Shown in pieces: positions 1-7,495 of a stretch of 64,000 bases of DNA (within the stretch, counting starts at the first letter, position 1; each line of letters starts with the position of its first letter). Origin of the DNA: Thermoplasmata archaeon (GTDB lineage Archaea; Thermoplasmatota; Thermoplasmata; RBG-16-68-12; JAGMCJ01); assembly GCA_023136265.1 (NCBI GenBank), contig JAGLRN010000017.1, positions 7,509 through 71,508 on the forward strand, in the 5' to 3' direction. Both the position numbers and the translations under genes were made by a program. A model generated the notes under the pieces. It did no database searches. It was not told the origin of the DNA and saw nothing but the letters and a program-made list of their open reading frames with translations.

Positions 1-219
1 CTCGTTACCCGAGCGGGAGGAGAGGAAGACCCCCCTTGCCGCGGACCTGATCCTCTGGTTCTTGAGAAGCTCACCGAACCTCTCCGCAGAGGCCCCAGTC
101 CCGATGAGGAACCCCGCCTCCTTTCTGATGTCCAGGTCTGGAAAGACATTCTTCATCGCCCGCTCGACCTTCCGTGCGTCCTCCGTCGGATTGCAGGGAG
201 TCCTCACCTCAATCCTCAT
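1..219 (-). CDS. UPF0201/DUF54-like small protein, 5' part only (gene continues beyond window start)
   Basis: Minus-strand translation MRIEVRTPCNPTEDARKVERAMKNVFPDLDIRKE... has the 'M.IEV...PTED..KV..A..N.F' N-terminal pattern I associate with archaeal UPF0201 proteins. GC3 is high. ORF runs off the window edge. Confidence 0.4.
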   Translation of the reverse strand, partial: MRIEVRTPCNPTEDARKVERAMKNVFPDLDIRKEAGFLIGTGASAERFGELLKNQRIRSAARGVFLSSRSGNE

Positions 220-287
220 CGCGCGGAAGAACGCGAACATCGAGATAAGAGTTGCGAGGTGGAAAGATATTTAGATTTGTTCGGACA

Positions 288-1763
288 ATGAGCTATGGAA
301 TGCGGAGCAAGCTTTTGAGCTTAGTTCTCGACAAGGGAACCCTTCTTGAGCCCGAGGCTGCCAGCTACATCCTGGAGAAGGAGGACCCGATCTCTTATGT
401 CGAGGATCTGTTCACGCGCTTTCGGGACAAGCCCTTCGTGATCACGATGGAAGAGATTACCAGGGCGGAAGGGATTGCCGTCTTTGCGGCAGAGAAGGCA
501 AAGCGGATACCAGTGGCGGCACCGAGACCGCCCAGGCCGAGGACCCGCGACGTGGGGTCTTCCGCCAAGGACTGTGAGAGCGACATCCGCATCCTGAAGG
601 ACATCACGGGAGAATCGACATGCCAAGGCTCGATAGATGACTTCCACTGCCATTTCAGGAACAGGTTTCACCAGCTCTCAGGAATACTCAAACAAAGGAG
701 AGAGCTGAGGGGATGCGAGGACATCTCGAAGGCAAAGCGGCTGATGAGGGAGATCCGTTTTGTCTGCATGGTCCGCAAGGTGAACAGGACCCGCTCGGGT
801 CATCTCATTCTTGATGTGGAGGACGAGACAGACACAGTGTCGGTTCTGATACCCCCCGAGATGCACTCGGATGACTTCATCCCCGACGAGGTCCTCGGGA
901 TTGTGGGAAAGACAGGCAAGAACGATTTGATGATCGCCGAGAGGGTGTTCAGGCCCGACGTGCCACGAGGCAAGCGGTTCAACGAGGCCGATGTTCCCGT
1001 GTCCGTGGCCTTCCTCGGTGACATCCACGTGGGAAGCAAGACATTCCTTCCCGACCGCTGGGCGAAGCTCGTGGAGTGGCTTGGGAACTCGGACGACCTG
1101 GCGAGAAGGGTGAAGTACGTTGTCGTTCCGGGCGACGCCGTCGACGGGATAGGCGTCTATCCCGGTCAGGACAAGGACCTCGAGATCGATGACATCTACG
1201 GGCAGTACGAGGCTCTTGCGAACCTTCTCTCCCAGCTCCCCGATCACGTGGAGATAATCCTCCAACCCGGGAACCACGATGCCGTCCGACCCGCAGAGCC
1301 TCAGCCAGCTCTTCCCTCCGATGTGAGGAAGGTGTTTCAGGACAACGTGACTTTCGTGGGAAACCCGTGCCTGCTCAGCCTTCACGGTGTCGAGATTCTG
1401 GCCTATCACGGCAGGAGCCTCGATGACTTCGTCGGAGCCTTCCCCGAGGTGTCGTACGAGAGACCGCTGGCGGGGATGAGGGAGATGCTCATCCGGCGTC
1501 ATCTCGCACCCATATACGGCGGGAAGACCCCGATTGCCCCCGAGAGAGAGGACTATCTGGCGATCGACAGGGTTCCCGACGTCTTTGCCACGGGACACGT
1601 CCACTGGGCCGGTATCGAAGAATACAAGGGAGTTGTGATGATCAACTGCTCGACCTGGCAGTCACAGACGGCATTTCAGAGGATGCACAACATGAACCCC
1701 CTTGTCTGCCGCGTTCCGATAGTCAATCTCGAGAGCGGTGCGTACACGATGCTCGAGTTCTAG
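288..1763 (+). CDS. polB: DNA polymerase II (PolD) small subunit DP1, calcineurin-like phosphoesterase/exonuclease
   Basis: GDIHVGSK, VVVPGDAVDG and PGNHD metallophosphoesterase motifs, and DP1-type N-terminus MSYGMRSKLLSLVLDKGTLLEPEAASYIL. The track ORF starts at 252 (TTG); ATG at 288 or 300 is more likely. TATA-like gatatttagattt at 265-277. Confidence 0.9.
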   Translation: MSYGMRSKLLSLVLDKGTLLEPEAASYILEKEDPISYVEDLFTRFRDKPFVITMEEITRAEGIAVFAAEKAKRIPVAAPRPPRPRTRDVGSSAKDCESDIRILKDITGESTCQGSIDDFHCHFRNRFHQLSGILKQRRELRGCEDISKAKRLMREIRFVCMVRKVNRTRSGHLILDVEDETDTVSVLIPPEMHSDDFIPDEVLGIVGKTGKNDLMIAERVFRPDVPRGKRFNEADVPVSVAFLGDIHVGSKTFLPDRWAKLVEWLGNSDDLARRVKYVVVPGDAVDGIGVYPGQDKDLEIDDIYGQYEALANLLSQLPDHVEIILQPGNHDAVRPAEPQPALPSDVRKVFQDNVTFVGNPCLLSLHGVEILAYHGRSLDDFVGAFPEVSYERPLAGMREMLIRRHLAPIYGGKTPIAPEREDYLAIDRVPDVFATGHVHWAGIEEYKGVVMINCSTWQSQTAFQRMHNMNPLVCRVPIVNLESGAYTMLEF

Positions 1764-1766
1764 GCC

Positions 1767-1820
1767 GTGTTGTCCTGAAATCTCCAACAACGGAAGAGCA
1801 AGGACAGGCTCGTCTTCACC
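1767..1820. repeat. Copy A of a ~52-bp interspersed direct repeat (core tctccaacaacggaagagc)
   Basis: gtgttgtcctgaaatctccaacaacggaagagcaaggacaggctcgtcttcacc is ~80% identical to 3150-3206, and the 19-nt core is identical. It lies 4 nt after the polD-DP1 stop. Confidence 0.8.
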
Positions 1821-1868
1821 AAGGGAGCGCAGACCCGGAAGCACCTCGACCTGGCGTACTCACGCACG

Positions 1869-2078
1869 TCAACCCAGCAGTCTCTCTCCCCGATCCCGCA
1901 GGTGATACCTCACCCGCCTCCCGTCCCGCTCGCGCCTCACCGGACCGAGCTCCTGCATCCGCCCGAGAGCGCCCGCCCGCATGGTGTTCACGACCTTCAC
2001 GGACTTGGAATTCCCTACAAGCATCTTCTCCGTCAGCTTGTCAGCCGTGTCCTCCCCCATCGCGATCCAGTGAGCCAT
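1869..2078 (-). CDS. Hypothetical small protein (69 aa from ATG; the frame is open a further 28 codons upstream with no canonical start)
   Basis: High-GC3, protein-like translation MAHWIAMGEDTADKLTEKMLVGNSKSVKVVNTMRAGALGRMQELG... The overlapping + ORF 1902-2219 is Pro/Arg-rich junk. Confidence 0.35.
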   Translation of the reverse strand: MAHWIAMGEDTADKLTEKMLVGNSKSVKVVNTMRAGALGRMQELGPVRRERDGRRVRYHLRDRGERLLG

Positions 2079-2176
2079 CCTTCTGCAGAGCTCGTACTCG
2101 CCCTTGACCTCGTGCTCGAAGTACTCCAGCAGGAAGTCTATCTCTTCCCTGCTGAAGACCTCCGTCGAAATGCCGT

Positions 2177-2198
2177 CGAAACGATTTCATATGGGCGG
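2177..2198. repeat. 22-bp motif cgaaacgatttcatatgggcgg, copy 1 (contains the CATATG palindrome)
   Basis: Identical 22-mer at 2531-2552 and a partial copy (cgaaacgatcc) at 3136-3146. It sits just upstream of the minus small ORF, and copy 2 sits upstream of the + ORF at 2579. Confidence 0.8.
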
Positions 2199-2295
2199 TG
2201 TGCGCCCGCCAAGTCGTGACAGATTCCAGGGAAATCTCCAGGTTTGCGGTGGGTTTTCCGTAGGTCTTCCTCAGTCATTCTCTAGCTCGTCCTAT

Positions 2296-2506
2296 GGTTC
2301 CTCCTGGGTTCCCGCCTAGGTTTCTTGTGAGATCCTTGTGGAATCCTTGTGACATCCTAGGGACTTACCAGGGACCTACTTGCTACATCCTTGCAGGTTC
2401 CTTGCTTGGTCCTTGCAGGTCGCTTGCTGGTTCCTTGCCGAAACCTTGCTCCTCCCTTGCTATTCCTTGCAGGATCCTTGCTGTTCGCTGCTTGCTCCCG
2501 TGCTTG
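2296..2506. repeat. Degenerate tandem array of ~16-18 copies of a 10-12 bp unit (consensus about tccttgcagg)
   Basis: gatccttgtg gaatccttgtg acatcctaggg ... ttccttgcagg atccttgctg ttcgctgcttgc tcccgtgcttg. The only overlapping ORFs are low-complexity (CRSLAGSL...). The array is bounded by the two 22-bp motif copies. Confidence 0.8.
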
Positions 2507-2530
2507 AAAGCGCACGTTTTGCGAAGTTAC

Positions 2531-2552
2531 CGAAACGATTTCATATGGGCGG
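2531..2552. repeat. 22-bp motif cgaaacgatttcatatgggcgg, copy 2
   Basis: Identical to 2177-2198. It lies 27 nt upstream of the ATG at 2579, so it could be a promoter (BRE/TATA-like) element. Confidence 0.8.
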
Positions 2553-2578
2553 GTGGATTCTGACGAAGTGGTAGGGAC

Positions 2579-3121
2579 ATGACTGAGGACAAAGGGCGGC
2601 TTCTGCTTAGGGAAAGCAGGAAGTGGACAAGAAGGAGGAAGATAGAACTATTGTTCCTTCCTGTTATGCTTTGGTTCCCTGTAATATTCTTTCTCTACAT
2701 GATGATCCGGTATCCTTGGGTATTCTCCCATCTGCATCTGACCCTCTTTCTGATCTCCGTTCCATTCGTTTCTCTGAGTCTCTATGGGGTTTTCATGGCT
2801 GCGAAAGCGGGGCCTCTCAATCTGCACGAAACGGGCATCGATAATTTCCGCGCCGGCCTCCTGAAATGGAAGTTCACACACTTGAGAGAGATCGAAACCA
2901 TAGCGATTCAAGTATTCGGCTCCCAAGTCGTAATCCGCTTCTACGTAAGGAACCCTTGGGTGATACACGTCAATCCCCTCATCCCAGAGAAGGAAGACAG
3001 GCGAATGGACAAGCTTCGGGAGGTAGTTGAAATCATGAAGTCCAAAGGTGTCAGGGCGGGATTCGGAGGCAAGCGTGAGGATTTGGAGTTCTTGGAGAGG
3101 AGGCAAGACAGAAGAGCATAG
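2579..3121 (+). CDS. Hypothetical membrane protein (2 predicted TM helices plus a soluble C-terminal part) in a lower-GC segment
   Basis: ATG preceded by the 22-bp motif. Hydrophobic LFLPVMLWFPVIFFLYMMI and LTLFLISVPFVSLSLYGVF segments. GC3 is about 65%, higher than the overlapping antisense ORF 2648-3256, which also looks protein-like. The call is uncertain. Confidence 0.35.
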   Translation: MTEDKGRLLLRESRKWTRRRKIELLFLPVMLWFPVIFFLYMMIRYPWVFSHLHLTLFLISVPFVSLSLYGVFMAAKAGPLNLHETGIDNFRAGLLKWKFTHLREIETIAIQVFGSQVVIRFYVRNPWVIHVNPLIPEKEDRRMDKLREVVEIMKSKGVRAGFGGKREDLEFLERRQDRRA

Positions 3122-3149
3122 AGATGCCTTTTCTCCCGAAACGATCCAA

Positions 3150-3206
3150 TGTGTTATCCCAGAGTCTCCAACAACGGAAGAGCGGGGACAGGCGAGACGT
3201 CCACAG
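3150..3206. repeat. Copy B of the ~52-bp interspersed direct repeat
   Basis: gtgttatcccagagtctccaacaacggaagagcggggacaggcgagacgtccacagg. It lies ~30 nt after the stop of ORF 2579-3121. Confidence 0.8.
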
Positions 3207-3501
3207 GAAACAGAGGTTCTTCTCATGGACCATCCTCCCACAACCGCTGAGCCCATCCAAGAAGTCTCCTTGGGCCATTCTTGTACCAGAAAGCCTTCTG
3301 AGATGTGTCATGCCTCCTTGAATCCCATGAAGCTTGCTGTGCTCTCCACTCTCGATCCGTCTCACTATGAACCTTGTCTCATCATCATTGAGCTTGTGGG
3401 ACATCCCGGCAGGGGATGTCTCCGTTGTTAATGATCTCGGGATGGCACAGCTCGAGTTCTAGACAGAAAAGCTTATCTGCACTGGTCAGGGTCAAGATTT
3501 C

Positions 3502-4212
3502 GTGCGGATAGGTGCCGTGGGCGACATTCATGGAGAGAAGTTCAAGGGGCCTTTTCTTGAGAGTCTCGCGGAGACCAAGGACCTAGATATGTTCCTCATC
3601 GCGGGCGATCTGACGGATGGGAGCGAGGTAGAGGTCTTCAAGAACATCCTGTCACTGATCGAGGGGAGTCTCAGCTGTCCGATAGTCTGTGTCTTCGGCA
3701 ACGAGGAGTACGAGCAGGACAGGGCGTCAATGAGCGAGAACGATGGAACGGTCTTTCTCGATGACGAGAGCGTTCGGATGGAGATTGACGGCCTCGACGT
3801 GAAGGTAGTGGGAAGCACGGGATGTCTGGACCGCCCGACATGGTGGCAGAGGACCAACATCTCGGGGATCTTCCAGAGGTTCAACCGCAGGTTGTCGATG
3901 ATCGACGAGATGCTCAGTGACGACGCATTCACGATTCTGCTCCTGCACTATGCTCCCACCTACGAGACCTTGGTCGGCGAGGAGGAAAGGTACTGGCCTG
4001 AGATGGGCTGCAGGAAGCTGGAGAGGGTCCTGCTCGAGAGGAGGCCGAGCCTCGTGTTCCACGGTCACGCTCACCGCGGGACGCCTGTCGCGGAGTTGAG
4101 GAGGAAGCAGCTCACTCTTTCCGACTTCGAGGGCGAAGAAAGGACGGTCCCCGTCTATAACGTCGCGTTCCCGCTGGTCAAGCACATCACCGTCGTCGAG
4201 ATCGATGCGTAG
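3502..4212 (+). CDS. Metallophosphoesterase (calcineurin-like, MJ0936/YfcE family)
   Basis: GTG start. Motifs GDIHGE, AGDLTD, GNEEY and FHGHAHRG. Confidence 0.75.
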   Translation: MRIGAVGDIHGEKFKGPFLESLAETKDLDMFLIAGDLTDGSEVEVFKNILSLIEGSLSCPIVCVFGNEEYEQDRASMSENDGTVFLDDESVRMEIDGLDVKVVGSTGCLDRPTWWQRTNISGIFQRFNRRLSMIDEMLSDDAFTILLLHYAPTYETLVGEEERYWPEMGCRKLERVLLERRPSLVFHGHAHRGTPVAELRRKQLTLSDFEGEERTVPVYNVAFPLVKHITVVEIDA

Positions 4213-4283
4213 ACGTCCTTCCAGAGAGCGCTGCGAGAAAGGTTTAAGTGAAATCCCTGGTATCTTATCCGTTGAAGGTGCGC

Positions 4284-5387
4284 ATGGAGTCAGAACCCGA
4301 GGACAAGGAGAAGAAGGACCGGAAGAGGAAATGGATCCGTTCCATCCTCTTCCTGCTCCGGGACCTGGGCGTCGCTGCGCTGATCGTGGGGATCATTCTT
4401 CTCTCTCTGTTTCTCTACACGGGTAACTGGCCTCCCATGGTCGTCGTCGAGAGCAAGAGCATGCAGCACAGCGACACCGAGAGTTTCGTTGGAGTCATAG
4501 ACACTGGCGACCTTGTCCTCGTTCAGAATGCACCTTCAAGCTCGGACATAATCACGTACGTGGAGGGTCGAGCCTCGGGATACGGCACTTACGGCGAGTT
4601 CGGTGACGTCATCATTTACAAAGAGGGAGGGCACTTCGAAGCCAAGAGCATCATACATCGTGCACTAATCCGATTGGATTGGAACGAATCGAGCGGGACC
4701 ATTGACATCCCCGATCTGGACAGATTGGAACTCGGCCCGGACTGGTCCGGGAAGATGTCGGGTGGCGAGGACGTCACGTCGCCCTATGGACTTGACGGTA
4801 CGATTACGCTCTACGACGTTGGCTTTGACGATGTGACTGTCACCCTTTCGATAAATACGTACATCTCCCAATTCGGTCCAAGCAACCAGAACGGCAGTGC
4901 GTTTGTTGCCTTGGGAGACAACAACGGAGGCCGCACCGATCCCCATATAATCAGGCAGGAGTGGATTGAGGGAAGGGCGAGGGGCGAGATCCCCTGGTTC
5001 GGGTTGCTGAAGCTCACTCTTTTCAGGGACTCTGGAGCTCCGTGCTGCAGCGAGATATACGATTCTGCTGCCCCGCGGAACAGCTGGGACTCGCTTCTGA
5101 TTGCGATAGTACTGATAATCGCTGTTCCGATCGCTCTGGATTTCGGCATCAGCTATGCTCTGGAGTTCCGTAGGAAGCGCAGGGAAGCGGCGGAAGAAGC
5201 ACCTTCTGAGGCAACAGGTGAGACTACTGAACCGGAAGCGACCGAGCCCGAAACGCCGCTGGAAGAAGAGGCGGAGAAGGAAGAGACGCTCGACGAGCCC
5301 GAATCGCTCGATGCAGAGACCGAGGAACAGGTGGAAGAGCCTCGGAGCGTTCAGGAGCCCGGAACTGACGAGGGGGAGCCCGAGTAG
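4284..5387 (+). CDS. Signal peptidase I (archaeal Sec11/S26B type) with a long inserted region and an acidic C-terminal tail
   Basis: N-terminal TM, VVVESKSMQHS (Ser region), GDLVLVQN and GDNNGGRTDPH boxes. Second TM near the C-terminus followed by an E/T/P-rich tail. The track ORF starts at 4248 (GTG); ATG at 4284 lies ~40 nt after TATA-like aaaggtttaagtg. Confidence 0.65.
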   Translation: MESEPEDKEKKDRKRKWIRSILFLLRDLGVAALIVGIILLSLFLYTGNWPPMVVVESKSMQHSDTESFVGVIDTGDLVLVQNAPSSSDIITYVEGRASGYGTYGEFGDVIIYKEGGHFEAKSIIHRALIRLDWNESSGTIDIPDLDRLELGPDWSGKMSGGEDVTSPYGLDGTITLYDVGFDDVTVTLSINTYISQFGPSNQNGSAFVALGDNNGGRTDPHIIRQEWIEGRARGEIPWFGLLKLTLFRDSGAPCCSEIYDSAAPRNSWDSLLIAIVLIIAVPIALDFGISYALEFRRKRREAAEEAPSEATGETTEPEATEPETPLEEEAEKEETLDEPESLDAETEEQVEEPRSVQEPGTDEGEPE

Positions 5388-5390
5388 AGC

Positions 5391-6623
5391 TCATATGAGG
5401 GTCGTCTGGAACTTCAGTCGGAAGTTCTTGACATTCGAGAGGAGTTCATCCCTTTCCAGCACCCGTCTCGTCTCGAGCGCAGGGACGCTCGACTGGATCT
5501 CCTTCGTTCGACCTCCCCTTCCGAAGGATTTCACACGGGCACTCACGAGCCCGAGCATGTCGAGTTCGGATATGAGGTCCGTTATGCGTCTCTGCGTCAG
5601 GATGCTCATGCCCGTCCTCCGGCAGAGCTGCTTGTACATGCTGTACACATCGCCGGTCGTCATCCTCGTGGCCCCCATCTCCTCGTTCATGATTATGCCG
5701 AGAAGGATCAGCTTCGATTGCGTGGGAAGCGACTTGACGGCCTCGATGACGCAGTCGAGCTCGAGCTGGTTCTTCGCCCGAAGCACGTGCCTGTCCGTGA
5801 TCTTGTTCTCATTGTTCCTCTCGGCGATCTCGGCCGCGACCCTGAGAAGATCAAGGGCTCTCCGCGCGTCCCCGTGCTCCTGTGCCGCGAGGGCCGCGCA
5901 CAGCGATGTGACGCTTTCGTCGATGACGTCGTCGTCAAAGGCCAGATCTGCTCTCTGACCGAGTATGTCTTTCAGCTCCTCGGCGTTGTACGGAGGGAAG
6001 ACCATCTTCTCGTCGCTCAGTCTGCTTCTGACCCTGGGATCGAGGAACTCCGTGAACTTGAGATCGTTGGATATGCCCAGGATGCTGACCTTCGCCTTCT
6101 TCAGGTCCTCGTTTATCCTCGTCAGATGATAGAGTACGTCGTCCCCGCTCTTGTAGATGAGCTTGTCGATCTCATCGAGTACGACAACCACCACGCGCCT
6201 CTCCTCATCGAGCTTCTCCCTCAGCATGTTGTAGACCCTCTCCGTTGGCCAACCTGTGAAGGGGATCCTCTCGTCGAAGTCCTCGATGAACCTGTTTCCC
6301 AAGTTCTGGAGAACACTGTACTGCGTGTCGGTCACCTCGCAGTTCATGTAGAGGTAGTCGACCCGCGACCACTTCTTCGCCTTCTCCACCTCCTTCTGCA
6401 GGTACTTCACCGTCGCAGTCTTCCCTGTTCCAGTTTTCCCGAATATCAGGACGTTGGAAGGTCTCTCGCCCCTCAAGGCCATCGCAAGGATGGAAGCCAG
6501 CTGCTTGATTTGCCTCTCCCTATGGGGCAGGTTCTCTGGGATATAAGAAGGTCTAAGGATGTCCCTGTCCTTCTTGAAGATAGCCTTCATTGCCAGGTAC
6601 GGCTCGAATATGCTGTCTTCCAT
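5391..6623 (-). CDS. cdc6: Orc1/Cdc6 replication initiator (AAA+ with C-terminal winged helix)
   Basis: Walker A GKTGTGKTAT, Walker B VVLDEID, and typical archaeal Orc1 length and organisation. Confidence 0.9.
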   Translation of the reverse strand: MEDSIFEPYLAMKAIFKKDRDILRPSYIPENLPHRERQIKQLASILAMALRGERPSNVLIFGKTGTGKTATVKYLQKEVEKAKKWSRVDYLYMNCEVTDTQYSVLQNLGNRFIEDFDERIPFTGWPTERVYNMLREKLDEERRVVVVVLDEIDKLIYKSGDDVLYHLTRINEDLKKAKVSILGISNDLKFTEFLDPRVRSRLSDEKMVFPPYNAEELKDILGQRADLAFDDDVIDESVTSLCAALAAQEHGDARRALDLLRVAAEIAERNNENKITDRHVLRAKNQLELDCVIEAVKSLPTQSKLILLGIIMNEEMGATRMTTGDVYSMYKQLCRRTGMSILTQRRITDLISELDMLGLVSARVKSFGRGGRTKEIQSSVPALETRRVLERDELLSNVKNFRLKFQTTLI

Positions 6624-6801
6624 GCCTCTCCCCCTGAGAATGCGAAAATGCCCTTTCGCGCCGGATACGAGAAGGACGACAAGGTATTGCCGAGTCCCTA
6701 CAAATACCTTTTCTTAGCCCCGGAATCCGTCGTTGTCGGCTCTCTCGAACACGCAAGGCCGGGAAGTTTGATATACGTCCCAAAGATATTAATGAAGTGA
6801 C

Positions 6802-7374
6802 ATGGCTCTCAAGAGGAAGTTGGCCGTCTCCGGGACTGGAATCGTAGTCGGCATAATCCTCATCGTGATAGCCCTTGCGTATTTCGTGACCGAAACAGGT
6901 AGCGGCCGCGGTCATTGGATGACCGGGGAGGATTCTCTCACGAGCGTCGGATGGATTACGATCACGATCGGAGTCATGCTCATAATCCTCTCTCTAATCT
7001 ATCTTGTCATACCCACCAAGGCTGCGGAGACAAGGAGCGTGACCAAGCTCTACCCGGATCTTGCGGTCATAAGCATCAAGGGAAAGGAAGCACTCAGGAG
7101 CGACATCCCGTTGGAAACCCCTTCCCCGCCCGACGAGGAGCCCTCCGCGTCCTTTGAGCAGATGGCCCTGAGGTTGCTCGAGGGGGATGAAAGGAGAGTA
7201 TATCGCAAGGTCGTTGAGGCCGGAGGAGAAATCCTTCAGAAGGACATCGTTTCGGCGGTGCCGTTCTCCAAGGCCAAGGTCTCGAGGATCATCGATAAGT
7301 TGGAGGGAAGAGGGCTCATCTCGAAAGAAAGGCACGGTTATACTAACAAGATTGTGCTAGCTAAGATGCAGTAA
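6802..7374 (+). CDS. Membrane-anchored winged-helix (MarR/TrmB-like) putative transcription regulator
   Basis: Two N-terminal TM helices, then C-terminal VYRKVVEAGGEILQKDIVSAVPFSKAKVSRIIDKLEGRGLISKER, which is wHTH-like. Confidence 0.5.
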   Translation: MALKRKLAVSGTGIVVGIILIVIALAYFVTETGSGRGHWMTGEDSLTSVGWITITIGVMLIILSLIYLVIPTKAAETRSVTKLYPDLAVISIKGKEALRSDIPLETPSPPDEEPSASFEQMALRLLEGDERRVYRKVVEAGGEILQKDIVSAVPFSKAKVSRIIDKLEGRGLISKERHGYTNKIVLAKMQ

Positions 7375-7495
7375 TCTGCCCGATTTCACGAGCTTTTCAT
7401 TTTCCGAAACCGGTTTCACGAAGGTATGATAGGTCGTTTCAGCCGATAAAGAGGACAATGGTTGCGAGGAGGACCTCGAACCAGGAGGTGAAAGA

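Noticed and set aside
678-1604. 308-aa minus-strand ORF
   Set aside because: Fully antisense to the well-supported polD-DP1 gene. Translation is low-complexity (R/G/V-rich).
2296-2506. Possible CRISPR array
   Set aside because: Repeat unit is only ~10-12 bp with no unique spacers and degenerate copies. No cas genes nearby. This is a minisatellite, not CRISPR.
2648-3256. 202-aa minus-strand ORF with good SD, as an alternative to the plus ORF 2579-3121
   Set aside because: Not fully rejected. The plus strand has higher GC3 and a purine-rich first position, so I list the plus ORF as the feature, but the minus ORF remains a live alternative.
5718-6800. 360-aa plus-strand ORF
   Set aside because: Antisense to orc1/cdc6. 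Typical high-GC antisense open frame.
6624-6801. Expected ORB/mini-ORB origin repeats immediately upstream of orc1/cdc6
   Set aside because: I inspected the 178-bp region. It has only a TATA-like element for the 6802 gene and no repeated ORB-like sequences or AT-rich unwinding element.
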